A stretch of DNA of 64,000 nucleotides from positions 1-64,000 of the IMG/VR virus record IMGVR_UViG_3300013901_000005; one strand, 5' to 3'. Each line of letters begins with the position of its first letter. Within the stretch, counting starts at the first letter, position 1. This DNA is from a virus. Taxonomy: Duplodnaviria > Caudoviricetes. A program made the position numbers and the translations under genes. The notes beneath the pieces are model-generated. The model did not search any database. It saw nothing but the letters and a program-made list of their open reading frames with translations, and was not told the DNA's origin. Shown piece after piece: positions 47,126 to 61,290 of the stretch.

Positions 47126-48043
47126 GTGACATCTAGAGAGGCGTATAAAAATCTTTTAATTGAATTAAATAAGGTTAATGCATCTCCTATTTTATTGGAT
47201 GATTTTAACTATTTAATCAATAAGGCCATAATTTAGGTGGCTAACAAGAGGTATAATATCTATGATACTTCACAGCAGGTTGCCGATGATTTACGCGTAT
47301 TAAAATCTACAGCATTTTTAAAGAAAGAGGAAAAAGATTTTAATGCTATCGATGATATTACAGCATATGGTTTAACGGGTACTTCTTATGTTGTCCATTT
47401 TCCTTTGGATTATTTTCATCTGTTAAATTGCATATGTGTTTTTAAGATTAAAGGAAATTCGGTAAACTGCAAAAAAGACGGAGAGCTGGTTTAGTTCGCC
47501 GCAAAAAGGGTTACTTCTGATTCATGGCCTGTTATTAATTCAAATTATTATTTTAGACCAAGACCAGAATAGCCATATTATTTTATTCACAATATAAATA
47601 CCTCTACAGAACTACCTACAAATAAAATTGAAGTTGAAAATCTGACTAGGGACACTGATGGCACTGATACAAGTATTCCTTCTACTTTTACTTTTAATGG
47701 ATAGGAAATATCTACAAAGAAAAAGCAATAGGAAGTACGATATGGGAATTATTCAAGTATTCGGTGTGAGATACGGTGTGGTTCAGATACTTCTAAATAT
47801 GAGCCAGTAGGGGTAGTTATAGATTATCTGAAAGTTCCTAAGTATGTGAAACTAACCTAGGATGAGTTAGATATGGTTGAGGATAATTCGTAGGTACTGG
47901 AATTTCCAGAACCTTTATGTTTTGAGATAATGAATGAACTGGTGCATTTGGCAATGGAAAATATTGCCGAACCAAGATTATAGACACATATTCCAGTTAC
48001 AGCGTCGGTTGCAAGTCCAGTTCAGCAGTCGACAAAAAAATAA
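47126..48043 (+). CDS. Putative ring / head-tail adaptor protein
   Basis: GTG start MTSREAYKNLLIELNKVNASPILLDDFNYLINKAI..DDLRVLK..PLDYFHLL..IDYLKVP..LEFPE. Confidence 0.65.
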
Positions 48044-48058
48044 TAAAATTTTATAATT

Positions 48059-49030
48059 ATGTTTCAATTTACAACTACTAATGTAATTAATTCTTTAAAG
48101 GATCTTACTACCGGTAAGGATCTTATTGTTACAACCGGCACAAATGGTGCAGAGCTTACCGATGAGGTTATTATCAAGCGAATTGGCGATTTCAAGAAAG
48201 CCAATGTATAGGATATCTATTATACACCTGGTTCTGAGGCTGAGCTTGCCGCTGTTTGTTTTGATATGACTGGTCTTGAAGCCGATGGTAAGTATCGTTT
48301 GAATCTTTATATTGGTCTTACCCAGGGTTCTGCTGACAGTCGTTATGCAAATGATCTTTATCATAAGGGTAAGGCTTTCTCGATTGATTTTGTTGCCGAT
48401 GCAGACGCTGCTAAGACAGCAGAGAATCTTGTCAATATTCTTAATAAGTATGATATTCTTGTTTATGGCGATCGTCAGTTGAAGGCTAGTGCAAAGACTG
48501 CATTTGTTGCTATCGAGGCAGTAAACGAGTATCAGCGTTTTGTTCGTGCAAATATCGAGAAGTTCGATCCTACTGCTTATTTTGAGATGGGCGATTATAA
48601 GGTTGTTAAGAGCCTTGCTGATCTTAAAGTAGCAGAGCATGATAAAGTTGTTAAGGATGGTGCTCCTGTAGGGGCTGGTAAATTCCTTGGTAAGGAAGGC
48701 TTTGGTACGTATTCGTATCTTCTTCACAATCTTCGTCTCCCGACTTCTGCCCGTTCTGAGGCATTTGCCTGGAATAAGGAAGAGAGTCCTGTACCTGGTG
48801 TTGTCTATGACGAGTATGTACTTCATTATTGTGCTGATCGTGGCGAGCTTGGTATGAACGCTGTCGGTGATACCGTTAAGTCGGTTACTACCCACGTATT
48901 CTATGTACCCAATACTTTAAAGAAGGAGTTCTAGACTGCTTTGAAGAGAGTTGGCACAATTATTGATAATACAACTGGTTAGGCTGTTGCTGAGCAATCA
49001 GCTACTGGTGGTAAGAGTGTAAAGGCTTAA
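48059..49030 (+). CDS. Putative abundant structural protein (auxiliary capsid-like)
   Basis: MFQFTTTNVINS.. in frame with ORF 48266; biased codon use (GCT/GGT/CTT); followed by a terminator. Confidence 0.65.
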
Positions 49031-49051
49031 TTAAGTTTAACTAAATAATTT

Positions 49052-49090
49052 AGGCGAAAGCGAGATGATCGCCTTCGCCTTTATTTTTTT
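49052..49090 (+). terminator. Intrinsic terminator
   Basis: AGGCGAAAGCGA..TCGCCTTCGCCT followed by a T tract. Confidence 0.75.
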
Positions 49091-49096
49091 ATATAT

Positions 49097-49786
49097 ATGT
49101 ATAGTTAGGTTGAGAAACTAGCTTCTGCCGTTTATAATGATATTGTAAGCGGTTTATAGGGATTCCATATAAATTCCAGTATCAATATGGAATAGCTTAT
49201 TGATGATATAATATCAGAAAGGCTATAGGTTATTAAGGAATATGCGATAAAGGGTATTCTTCCAGTTGATGATTTATATGTATCAATAAACTGTATTCCA
49301 GTAGAGTGTGGAAATATTGATAAATGTTCGTGCCGTTCTGATTATTAGGATCCGAATGATCTGCATTTGCATTTTGAGATACCATAGCTTCTGAATGATT
49401 ATTAGGATTTATCAATAGCATATATAGGATCTGTTGATAAATAGCTTCCTTTTATTTATTATACATCGCCATAGGCAATGAGAATATAGAAATATAGGAA
49501 GAGAGGAAAGGATAGGCCATATGTATGGATTGACACTTCCCCGAATGAGAATGGAATGTATGATTGTTGGGCGTTCAATGCACCGCTTTTAAAAACCATA
49601 TCTATTACTGGTATTTTTAAGGATCCCAGACAACTGGAAAAATATTCCTGTTGTATAGAGAATTCAGATGACAATTTGTCATTTATAGATAATGAGGTTA
49701 AGAAAAGGCTTACTTCAAAAAAGATATAGTATTATAGATAGCTTGCTGCACAGCCGCTTCCTAATACCTAGACATACACAGCATGA
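49097..49786 (+). CDS. Putative ring/tail structural protein, TAG-dense (absent from the ORF track)
   Basis: MYSQVEKLASAVYNDIVSGL..HFEIPQLL..YIGSVD..GIFKDPRQL; about 12 TAG codons. Confidence 0.7.
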
Positions 49787-50478
49787 TAGCGAATAATGAT
49801 TTTCACTACGCATAGTTTCTTCTTGATGAATTATATGGTATTAAAATGCCGGATGAGAAATTTGAGGAAATTGGACTTATTGCATTTGATAGAATAGGCA
49901 ATAAAAGAATGAGAATATATAGATATACCATTCATTTGGATGATTGCGTAAACTATGTAGATCTTCCGTGCAACTGTGATTAGCTTGAAGCTGTTACAAC
50001 TGGTTTTGAGGATTGGAATTATTCAACAAATGATACACCAAACGGTGATATCAGCTCTGCCTTTACCGAATAGTATATTGAATATAGGAAGCATAATATG
50101 GATAAAATGTATATTCCTGGAAAATATATTAAATATGAGCTAGTTGGAGATAGGCTTTATTTTAAAGAGCATTGGCCGATAATCAATATATTATATAGAG
50201 GATAGGAGGTTGATGATAATGGCCTACCAAAACTTACGGATAAAGAGGCAGTTGCAATTGCTACGTTCTGTGCTTATATTACGAAATATAAAGAAGGGTT
50301 AAAGACGATGAATACATAGATAGTATAGCTAGCCGAGTCACTTAATGCCAAATGGCTTTTACAATGCGATTAGGCTAGAATACAGCATATGACACAGAAT
50401 GATTTTGATGAAATCTTAGATGCAAAAACTGCTTGGGGCAGAAAATAGTATAGGAAATCTTTTAAATTAAATCAATGA
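49783..50478 (+). CDS. Putative ring/tail tubular protein (absent from the ORF track)
   Basis: MIANNDFHYA..FEEIGLIAFDRIGNK..VDLPCNCDQLEAVT..ILYRGQEVDDNGLP; ATGA overlaps at both ends. Confidence 0.7.
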
Positions 50479-51473
50479 GATAGTTGGCACAGGGTTTTGC
50501 TTTTAATGCAAAGGAATTAATGGCAAATATGAATATGAAAAGGTTGACTTTTTTAGGCAAAGACTGTATTCCATATACTCACGATAAACACAAAGATGAA
50601 TTTAGTGCAAATGTTTTTCTTACGCATTTCTTTTTGGTTGTAAATGATATTATAGAAAGAAATGTTACATATCATATTTTTAGAAGAACTGGAGCTAAAG
50701 GTCTTTTAAAGACTAGAATTATTAGAGGTCATCGTTTTAAAAAGTTATATAATGTTGGTTTTTTTAAAGGTCTTGATCCTATGAAAACCTATTTTACAGG
50801 AGCCGAGTTAATTGTAAGTATATATTGTTATAAAAAGCCTTTCATTCAACCAGTTTATCTAAATGAGTTCTTATAGAAAGATTTAATAAAAAAGTTGAAT
50901 GAAGGAAAGCAATATGGGGACGGAAAAATAGAAACTACGTGGAGAGATTATATGGATAAAATATATGAAAAATATTCAAATATTCCACGGAAGGATCTTA
51001 ATTATATTGTTTGTACTGGATGGTCAAATTTTTTACAATTAAAATTAAGAGGAGCGGATATTTCCCTTTTACAAAGACCAGCAAAGGCATATATAGGAAA
51101 GCTTTTCAAAGATGAATTGGATCATTTTGAATATTACAAAAAAAAGATGCTTTTCAAAATGATGTTTCTTGACAGAAAAAAACATAAATTAAAATTGGGA
51201 GATAAATGGTATATTTATCTTACTAAATCACAACTTGAAAAGCTAAAGCAAGGTACTTGTACGATGAATCTGAAAGCATATAGGACAAGAGAACTGGCCG
51301 ATTTGGGAACAAGTTTAGGTACATACGTATATTCAATAAAAAGAGAAGAAGAGTCCAATATATATAGTAGAAGTTTTGAACAAGAAGATTTTAAAAATAT
51401 GGTATTTGAATGTGAGAGAAAAGCAACCACATTTAAATATATTTAGGATAATTTAAAGAAATACAAAGTATGA
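50475..51473 (+). CDS. Basic hypothetical protein, possibly IHF/HU-like DNA-binding
   Basis: Joins ORFs 50484 and 50895 through TAG; Lys-rich; the family call is tentative. Confidence 0.55.
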
Positions 51474-54400
51474 GTGTCAAAGTAGCGACTAACTAGTTTT
51501 CTAATGGTTTGATCTGCGATTACAATGAATATTTAGTATAGCAAGACAAGACATTAACAAATGCACTCAATGCTACTTTTATATCTAATATCGGAGAAAT
51601 GGGAGCCATACAAAATGATATGGGAAATTTAGAAATCCCAGATGAATTAAAGGATGGAAGCGTAAAACTCTCAGATGGTTTTTAGCCAATAGGTATAAAA
51701 GAGCATAATGGTATAATATATATAGCATCGATAAATGAAAAAGGCGAATGTGAAATAGGAAGTTATCCATCGCCGAATTATAAAAAGATAGAAGCATAGA
51801 GCCTTGACGCAATAGAAGTGAAAGAGCAAGAAGTTAATTTGGTAGAATCATATCAACCTTTAATGAATTGCGTAAATACAGATGTAGATGGATAGAAAAA
51901 ATTGTATTATACAAGTTAGATGGATCAAGGAGGTGTTTAGATAAAACCATGTAGAACAGTTCTTTTTAATTGGGATATTAACCACCCAGTTGATATATAG
52001 ATATAGCCATCATATGACGGATCGGTTAATTTGTTGATTAATGATAATAAAAACATACCTAGATTAATAAATACTAGGTTTAGTGTTACTTCTTCTGGAA
52101 AGGCAAAGATACCAAACAGAATGAAGAATAATGCTAATTTATATAGAATAATTCCAAAGCTCGAAAATGAATAGGAGTTTGATTAGGATAAATTTGATAT
52201 TGATACATCGCTTATTAAGCGCGTAAATAAATTTCCAATTATAGATTATGAGGGACAGCTAGAAAACGGAAATTTGAATGTTGGTAATTATGTATTTTAT
52301 ATTAAATATTGTGATTATGATAAAAATGAAACAGATTGGGTTGCCGAATCTGGTATTATTTCTGTGTTTAAAGGTACAGACGCAGATCCATTTACAATAA
52401 ATGGAGGAATTGAGAATGAAAATGCGAATAAAACAATATAGTTAAAATTAAATAATTTTGACACATCATATGATTTTATAAAAGTATATTATACTAAAAG
52501 TTCCTCATAGGCAAATATAGAACCTGTTCCAGAAGCATACGAAATTATAGATCCAATATTTGTTTCAGATGATTGTATAATATCAATTACTGGAAACGAA
52601 GATAAAAAATAGATAGGACTGGATTATATTCAGACTAGCTATTCTACAATTGAATATGCAAAAACATAGGCTTAGATTTAGAATAGGATGTTTTTTGCCA
52701 ATATAAAAGAACCAGATTTACTATATAAGGATTTAACCGATATTAGCCTACATATTAATCCATATGTTAATAAAATAAAATCAAAAGATAAAATAGGTCA
52801 TATAAGCCAAAAGGATTATAGTGAGGATTCCGAAATAAAAGAATCAACAGAAAAACATATATTTAAAGGTGAATATTATAATACAAAGAATATTTATTAT
52901 AATGTAGGATATTGGAATGAGGAATATTATAGATTAGGTATTGTTTATATAAATAAAGATGGATCTAATTCTCCTGTATTTAATCTTCCTGGAGGAGAGA
53001 TTACTGGATTTACCGATAATAAAAATACTGTATATTTGCATACTGTTATGTTAAAGAACGAATGTCCGAGTATTTTTGCATAGTCGACAAAAAGCCGCCA
53101 ATCATTCATAATAGATGGAAATTATATACAAAAAACCAAAATCAACACAAAGGGTGTTATACATATAAACGATAAGTAGATATCATACACAAATGATGAT
53201 TATATTTATTCACTGGGAGTATAGATATCACCTGAAATATAGAATTATCTTTTTGAACTGGGAATAAAGGGTTTTTTTATTGTAAGAAAGAAAAGAATAA
53301 AAACAATATTGGCATAGGGCTTTACGATGCCATGGGATAAAGAATCCCATTTACCTGTTGTTGAATATTGGGCAAAAAGTTTTCCGTATGTGAATGGCGG
53401 AAGTAAAATGGCTGGATTTGAATTAAACAAAAATAGCCTTAGTTATGTATTAAACAACAAAGACAACAATGATACAGTATCAATTGCTGGATCTTTCAGT
53501 AAATACATTGAAAATGTCGGAGGATATAATTCAAAGTCGGATAAAAAAATGATGTGGTTTCCACACTATTTTGTTGAGAGCTTTCTTACACAAACCGGAC
53601 AGGATACTAGAGATTGGAGAAAAACCGGTGATTCTACCAAAGACGGTTCTGTTGTAGGAGAAAGCTATCTTCTTACTAGGTGTCTTACAAATAGCTATTT
53701 GCCTAGGCTACACAATATACTTCCGTGTTGTATTGACGAGAAAATGGTTGACTGGCAAAGTACGGATAAAGATTGGTTATACAGACAATATAATCTTAAA
53801 GGATATTTTGTATTGACAAAGGATCCAAATGTGGCGTTTCAACCTGATTTTATAAATACTACATTTACTGATTTCGAAAGTGCCTTTGAATATTTATTGA
53901 TGGGACTTGGTGATTAGGACTAGAACCCAAATTATTTTACAGAATTACGATTTAGACTTTTTAATAATTTAAGTGAAACTAGTACGAGTGTTCAACTTAT
54001 AGATACTGCGAACCTTGTTGCATATTTAAAAAAATTTGAAGCCATTGATTTTACTTGCAAAAACAATCTTACAATTTTATAGTAGTTATAGTATGCCATA
54101 AAAGTGGATTCGTTTAATTATTAGTATAATTTTAAATTTGGGGATAATGATAACGAAAAGGTTTATTCTGATTTCAACGATATTATATATGATTATGTAA
54201 AATAGCTCGGAGAATCCGACAATAAAGAATATACTATTAATTTCAAATTAAATGTAAAAGTTCTAAATTAGAATAATACTATAATAGAGAGCTTTGAAGA
54301 ATTTATTAATAATTAGTTTTATAATAAAAATTACGGAGAGCTTTCTTACAAAGGGGAGAAACCGCAATATACTACATAGCAAAAAGGAGCGCCAGATTCT

Positions 54401-57253
54401 GGATATGCATATTCGTCAAATACAGATTATTATTATACGCCATAGCTATGTTTAAGAGAAGATGGATCAATCCCAATTTTCCCAAACGATTCCACAAATA
54501 AGTATTTAGCAAATGAATTATACGAATCGAAATGCTATTACTCGAGTTATATAATTACAAATGGAAAGGAGAAAGGCCCAGAAAAGGAGAAGCCACAATA
54601 TTTCTATATGCATTGGTATAATAGATATAAGTATTGTGACGGGAATTAGCTTACGGCAATATGTCCAGAATTTGAAGTTAATCAGACGGATTTTAATTAG
54701 TTCTTTACAGGATAGGAGCTTTCAATTAAGTATACAGCTTTCCAATAGGGTATGCCAATTAGGGATACGGAAAATGAAAGACATTATTATCCATATTATA
54801 AGTATTCTGAAGACCGGAAAGAGAATTCTGGAAAAGTGTATGAATACGATAACGATTATTTAAACAAGGAACTTAAATACAAGATTATAGGGGTTACAGA
54901 AAATCTTCCCACAGTAGGTATTGATCATACTATATTTACTTCGTTAGCTGGAAATGCGCAGGAGGCATATCGTACTAGTTTTATAAATGAACAGCATTCC
55001 GCAGAAAGAGGTAATATGAATGGAGAGGATTTTAATAGCAAAAATGATCAAGATTTTAATTTCGTGAGAGGAATCTATTCACCATATTTAGGAATTGTTG
55101 CAAAGCAATATAATAACTCTTCAGAGAAAGACAGAGGCTATAGTTATACTTTTAACATATATGCGAAAGGGACATAGTTCTGGGATGAAAATGGCGAGGA
55201 TCCAAATCTTTTAATAAGGTTTAATGATAATTCACCATATTATCCAATATCAAATAGAATAGAATTTAATGATAAAGGAGAGAATATTGAATAGGATATA
55301 TTTAGAGGAGATTGCTTCTTATGCACTTTTACGCATAGGGTAAATAGGAACTTTTAGGATTCTACTGCGCCTACAAATGATGTTATACTATATCCTGAAA
55401 CATGGGAAAAACATTATAAAGGTGATGGTTCTGAAAATGACAAAATCCAAAGAGGAGATATCAATGCTGTTAAATTAGGAAGTTGGATTACGATTAAAAT
55501 AAAATCTACAAATAATCTTTCAATAAGAACTGTTGATGAGTCAAATAGGGATGAGATGGCGATATTTGGACATGGAAGACGGTTTTATCCAATAGAACCT
55601 ATATCTGCAGAAGGCGGTACAAAGATTGCAACATCATATATTTCAAATAATGGATTTAAAACAAATTTGGGATTAAAAAGGTTTGTCGGGTATAAAGATT
55701 CTGCATATATAAGAAATGAATTTAAAAACAGAATAATATATTCAGATGTAAATACAACAGATTCATTTATTAATGGATATAGAGTTTTTAAAACAGGAAA
55801 TTACCAAGATTATTCAAAACAATATGGTGAAATAACAAAACTCATACCATTAGGGAATAATTTAGTTTGTATTATGGAGCATGGTGTTGGTTTAATACCA
55901 ATTAATGAAAGAGCTCTTGTAGCAAATGGAGATGGTGGAGAAGTATTTATAAATAACAAAACAATCCTTCCGGAGAATATAGTAATGATTAATGAATCGT
56001 ATGGTTGTCAATGGCCAGAAGCAGTTATTTCAACACCATATTTTATATTTGGCTTAGACGCATCAGAAAGGAAAATATGGACTACAGATGGTACAAAATT
56101 ACAAATAATATCTGATAATAAAATTTCTAAATTTTTACAGGAAAATATTTCATTTAAGGAAAATGAAGTTGATATTAATATAATAAATTCAAATATTAAA
56201 ACAACTTACAATGCAAAGAAAAACGATGTAATGTTTACGGTATGGAATACAAAAGAGAATAAAATTTGGAATGTTTGCTATAATATTACGTTTGGTAATT
56301 TCTCGACTTTTTATTCGTGGATACCATCATATTCTGTTAATATAGACAATACGATGTATTCATTTGAATACCATATTCCAAAAGATAATAAAGATTTCTG
56401 GGATCATGATAATCATATATGGAAACACGGAAATTTAAAAGATTAGTATGTAAAGCCGACAAATTGGTATGGAAATACTTATCCTTTTGAATTTGAGTTT
56501 ATTGTAAATGATTCTATCTATTTATAGAAAATATTTTAGAATTTAAAAATAATAGCAAATAACGTGGAACCAGAATCTTTTCATTTTACCGTTTCTGGAG
56601 ATGCATATTCTTTTAAGGATGATTTGAAAAATATTTATTATAGATAGGAAGCAACCAGGGATCTTATGAATGGGCTGGGTTCGAATATTGAATATGATAA
56701 ATAGTATTCAAATACTGAATTGGATCAATAGAAAAAATCTGTTAAATTTACAGAATATTATAAAAAGGAAAAGCCAATATATTATATGTATGAGATTTAT
56801 AAATAGTTAACAGGAGATGGAAAAAATTACGATAATCTTTCTGGTACGGAAGTAGTAAAAAATAAACTTACAGATCATTATGAGATTTCTACGCATATTA
56901 AGAACACTTCTATAGAGAAAGATAATCGTTTAAGAGGTAATTCCCAATACAAAGAAAATGAATGGCATATACAGATTCCTTCTATAAATTTTAGGGAAAA
57001 GAATGAGGATAAATGGAAAGTACCACCAATAGTTTTACCGAAAAGCTCCGATAATTATGATATAAAATCCACAAACATAAATAAGTTACCGGCTGGATAT
57101 CGTTTTTCCGATATTGACACTGAAGATAGCTGGTCTGACAGAGAAGAAGCAAAAATTAGAGATAAATATATTAAGATTAAAATACGATATAATGGAAACA
57201 AGCTAGCCACAATATACAGTATTTTAACAATGTTTCAATTAAGTACATCATAA
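51470..57253 (+). CDS. Tail stabilisation / muzzle protein (P22 gp10-like), 1927 aa
   Basis: N-terminus NQFSNGLICD..LTNALNATF..IQNDMGN; YYRLGIVYI, DYSKQYGEITKL and IRDKYIKIKIRY motifs; ORFs 52688-55556 in one frame. Confidence 0.75.
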
Positions 57254-59412
57254 TGGCATATATAGATAGAAATTTTACACCAAAAAATCTTTCCAATTAG
57301 CCGCTTTTCCAATTACCAAAATCAGTTTTTTCTACGTAGTTTGACTAGCAATTATCAAACAAATTACGTAAACAACAATAGCATCAATATAGAGTATAGG
57401 CTTGGAAGAATGTGGGAAATACTTATTTAGGAGCCGCAGCACAATAGGCATTATCGATGTTTGGAAATAATATTTTCGGAGATTCGGAAGTTGGAAATAT
57501 GGCAAGCCAGGCAGTAGGTAATGTTGTTAATGATATGTTTAATTCCAATGGATTAAAATCTGGAATTGGTGATACCGTAATGGGAATAACAACTTCTGGT
57601 TTGTCAAATAGCAAAAATGCTGGAGCAAGAGCTGCTGGATCCGTATTGAATAGTGTCGGTTCTTAGGCGATAAACAATGTAGTTGGAAAATCCAATCTTC
57701 TTTCTGGATTTAATGGATATACGGGAGCTGGTATAGCGATAGGTGCTGTAAATGCCGCACTTAAACCGAAAACAGAATATAATGGTGAAAAAGGAAAGAT
57801 AACACAAGGTTTAGATACTATTGATTCGGTTGGTACTGCGGCTCTTTCTGCTATTCCAGTGGTTGGCCCAATTCTAGGATTGGCAAAATCAGCACTAGAT
57901 ACTGGTTTTAAGGCTCTTAATAATGCTGGCTATGGTACTGATGGCTAGACTACGGTAGATGCGCTTTTAGGAAGTAATATGATTGGAGAAGCCCTTTTGC
58001 CACTTTCTTTAATTAATGGTAAAAACGGAAAGACAACCTTAAAGCTAACCCCTAGGACATTTCAAGAAAATCAAGATCTTTCAAAAATAGAATCTGCTTA
58101 TACAGATACTGTATAGCAAGGATAGACAGCATGGAAACGGCAAGGGAAGAAATATGGTATGCTTTCTCACGGAGCATATAATAAAGCAAATAAACTCATT
58201 AATTGGTATGGAAATGCCAATGAAGCCCTTTTAAATATGGATCAATAGAATAAAATAGCAGATGCTAGGCAATAGGCAAATGGATTGGGAAACATCCAAT
58301 ATAATATTGATTTACAGGGTGGTTTAGACCCATAGACCTTAGTAGCAAAGGATGGAGCAAAAATAGAAAAGCCAATGCAGATTATCGAAGAGGTTATTCC
58401 ATAGTCAATTATTGATGATGTTGTTCCACAATTTTAGGGAGGAGGATAGCTTTTAGAAGAGGTTGTTATTCGGCCATCTGAAGACGATATGAAAGGAATA
58501 ATAGCAAAACGATGGCCTGCGATTAAAAATACTTCTGAATATCATATTTATAGGGATCCGGAATTTACAAAAGACAAAACCGGTTTAGGTTCAATAGAAT
58601 ATATTGCAGAACCTGAGATAAAATATAAAAATGGCTTTATTTTAAAGAATCCAAATAATACGCCAACAATAGTGTTTAATCCAGATACAAATACGATAGA
58701 TGATATTTAGTTGGATGTCCTTCACCATTTTAGAAATACCGATTAGAAATATCAATAGGTATTAAAGCAATTTTAGGATTATATTCTAAAAAATAGAAAA
58801 GGTGATGTTTTCTGGAATAGCGAATTAGGTTAGAAATTTAGAGAGTCAAAACAATCACCAGATAAATACAAAGATTTTATAGATAATAATATAAATGATT
58901 AGTATATTATTTAGGGGATAGACGGAGTTCTTCGAGATTTGATGGCTTCTGATAAAACTAGAAAGAAATCAGATTATCAAGCAAAAGAGGACGCTGAAAA
59001 ACAATGGTTGTTTGACGATACTGCAAAACAATTATATTAGAATATAGTTGATTATTTAAGTACTGGAGAGTTAAAACCATAGTAGTTTAAAAATGGCGGT
59101 GAGTTAAATATAATACCAGAAGGTGCGCTTCATAAGAATCTTCATCATATGGAAGATGACGAAAATATTACAAAAAAAGGTATTCCTGTTGTTGGTGAGG
59201 GGAATAATGGAGAGCGTGAGCAATTTGCCGAGATAGAAAGGTCTGAGATTATTCTTAGAAAAAGCCTTACAGAAAAACTCGAGAAAATGTTTAGAAAATA
59301 TAAGTCTGATATTTCTTAGTCAGAAAAAGACTAGGTGGCAACAAAAGCAGGCGAAATCTTAGTAGATGAATTATTGAATAAAACAATTGATAATACAAAA
59401 GAATTATTATGA
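57253..59412 (+). CDS. Putative internal virion (ejection/cargo) protein with Gly/Ala-rich hydrophobic region
   Basis: Joins ORFs 57457 and 58489; AALSAIPVVGPILG; C-terminal NIIPEGALHK..KGIPVV..AEIERSEII. Confidence 0.65.
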
Positions 59413-60260
59413 ACAAAGCAATTAAAGCATAGTGGGGAGTTGTTGTACCTAGAGTTCTGCCTATTATTGGGTAGTTTATCGAATCTTTACCGTCATTGGC
59501 CGCAGCTGCAGGAATAGCTGGAAGTTTTGTAGATGCAAAAGTTAATGACCATTCAGATAGTAAAAAATAGCTTAGATAGCAAGTAGCGCAACTAGCATAG
59601 CAAAGAAGACATCAGATGGCTGTTGCTGCTGCTAGGAATTTTACAGCTCCAACTTTAAATAATACACAATCTTCAGATGCGACACGGATAACTAGACCAG
59701 TTGTTGTTTCTACTACCCGACCTACTTCACTTAATCTTCATAGAACCGCAACAACAAAAGTACATCCAATAGCAATTACCAGGACAATGAGTGCTGCTTA
59801 GGATTCTACAGGAACAGCACCTAGAGATACTACAAATACAGCACCACGAGATACAACAGGAACCGCAACACCAGCAACAACAGAAACAGACAATCGTAGT
59901 TTGAGAGAGAAACTTGGTGACAGAATTGCTGGAAGAGGTCGGTAGAAACCGAAGCCAAAGCCATAGCAAAATCAAAATACGGAAAACCCAGAACCATTTT
60001 GGAAAAAATATTGGAAAGGACTTGCAGCTGGTGGAGTAGCAGGTGCTCCGTGGATATATAAAGGTGGAAAACGAGTTGTCAATGAATGGTTTAATGCATG
60101 GGGAGACGGAAACGAAAATCCAAAAGATAGTACTACGGTTGTTAAGTCTGTAAATACTTAGCCTATTAATAATAATCAACAGTAGGATACTATTTCTGTT
60201 AATGATAATGATGCATTATTGTTTTAGTCTGCCGCTGAAGATGATAAGTTGATAAGATGA
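59409..60260 (+). CDS. Low-complexity Thr/Gln/Pro-rich protein, possible cargo
   Basis: ATGA overlaps at both ends; in frame with ORF 59616; RDTTxTA repeats. Confidence 0.6.
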
Positions 60261-60835
60261 TAACAATATATATTAATGATAAAGAATATAAGATAAAAGA
60301 GGCAAAAACTGAAGAAGAAAAAAGAAAAGGACTTTAGGGTATTAAAAAACTTCCAGAAAATGAAGGTATGCTCTTTTATTTTAATGACAATGAAAAACCG
60401 CAAATGTGGATGGACAAGGTAAATATTCCACTGGATATTATTTTTATAGATAATGATATGGAGGTTATTTATGTTTATCACGCGAAACCAAATGACAAGG
60501 CTTTGGTATCATACCCAGACACAAAATATGTGTTGGAATTAAATGCTAATAGTGGTGTTGTAGTAGGAGACGATATAGAATTTGATGATGAATCAGCACC
60601 AGTCATGAAGGTTCTAGCATAGGACGGTTCTTCATAGATGGATTTGTGGGGAGGAGAGAGAATATTCAGAAGAGCTTTCACGAAGCAATTAATTGAATGG
60701 GCAAAGAAAGCCGAAGAAAACAAAAACAACACTGAATTATTTGAAAAAATATGTAGGAGAATAGGTAAGAAAATGTTCAGGGAAATTAATGCATAGAATA
60801 ATAGAAAGCCAGAATATGTAGATACCCCAAAATAA
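60257..60835 (+). CDS. DUF192-like protein with C-terminal extension
   Basis: AKTEEEKRKGLQG..EGMLFYF..MWMDKVNIPLDIIFID..YVLELNA. Confidence 0.75.
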
Positions 60836-60909
60836 GATAAAATTTATTTTGATTTATTAAAAAAAATAATTAAATTTATTCAGTAAATTTAATTTAATTA
60901 ATAATTATT

Positions 60910-61227
60910 ATGAGAATTATACCACGTAAGTTTTAGGATGGTGGTGCTGTTGATGCACCACAGGAGGAGGCCGTAGATCAGGGTGCTCCGGTAGAGGGAA
61001 CTACTCCAGAGGAGCAGGCACCCCAAGGTTAGGAAGATCCAATGATGCAGATTGTTCAGATGTTTGCTGAAGGTCTGCAGAAACAAGATTGTCAACTTTT
61101 GGCGCAGGGAGCACAGATGTTCCTTTAGCTCGTCCAGCAGTCGCAGGGCGGAGCAGCCCCACAAGAGGAACAAGGACAACCAGTATTTAAAAAGGGTGGT
61201 ATCCTTGTTCGTAGAATTAAGAAGTAA
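60910..61227 (+). CDS. Small Gln/Glu/Pro-rich virion protein (105 aa)
   Basis: MRIIPRKFQDGG..DPMMQIVQMFAEGLQKQDCQLLAQGA..PVFKKGGILVRRIKK. Confidence 0.7.
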
Positions 61228-61241
61228 TTTTATTTAATACA

Positions 61242-61277
61242 TTGGGGAAGGTATGTTGTATACTTTCCCCAATTTTT
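61242..61277 (+). terminator. Intrinsic terminator
   Basis: TTGGGGAAGGTAT..ATACTTTCCCCAA followed by a T tract. Confidence 0.75.
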
Positions 61278-61290
61278 GTTTTATAGAAAA

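Noticed and set aside
54561-54863. Alternative-frame + strand ORFs (also 9048..9254, 23357..23578, 23903..24136, 61052..61237)
   Set aside because: They are nested out of frame in longer code-15 genes and have implausible composition.
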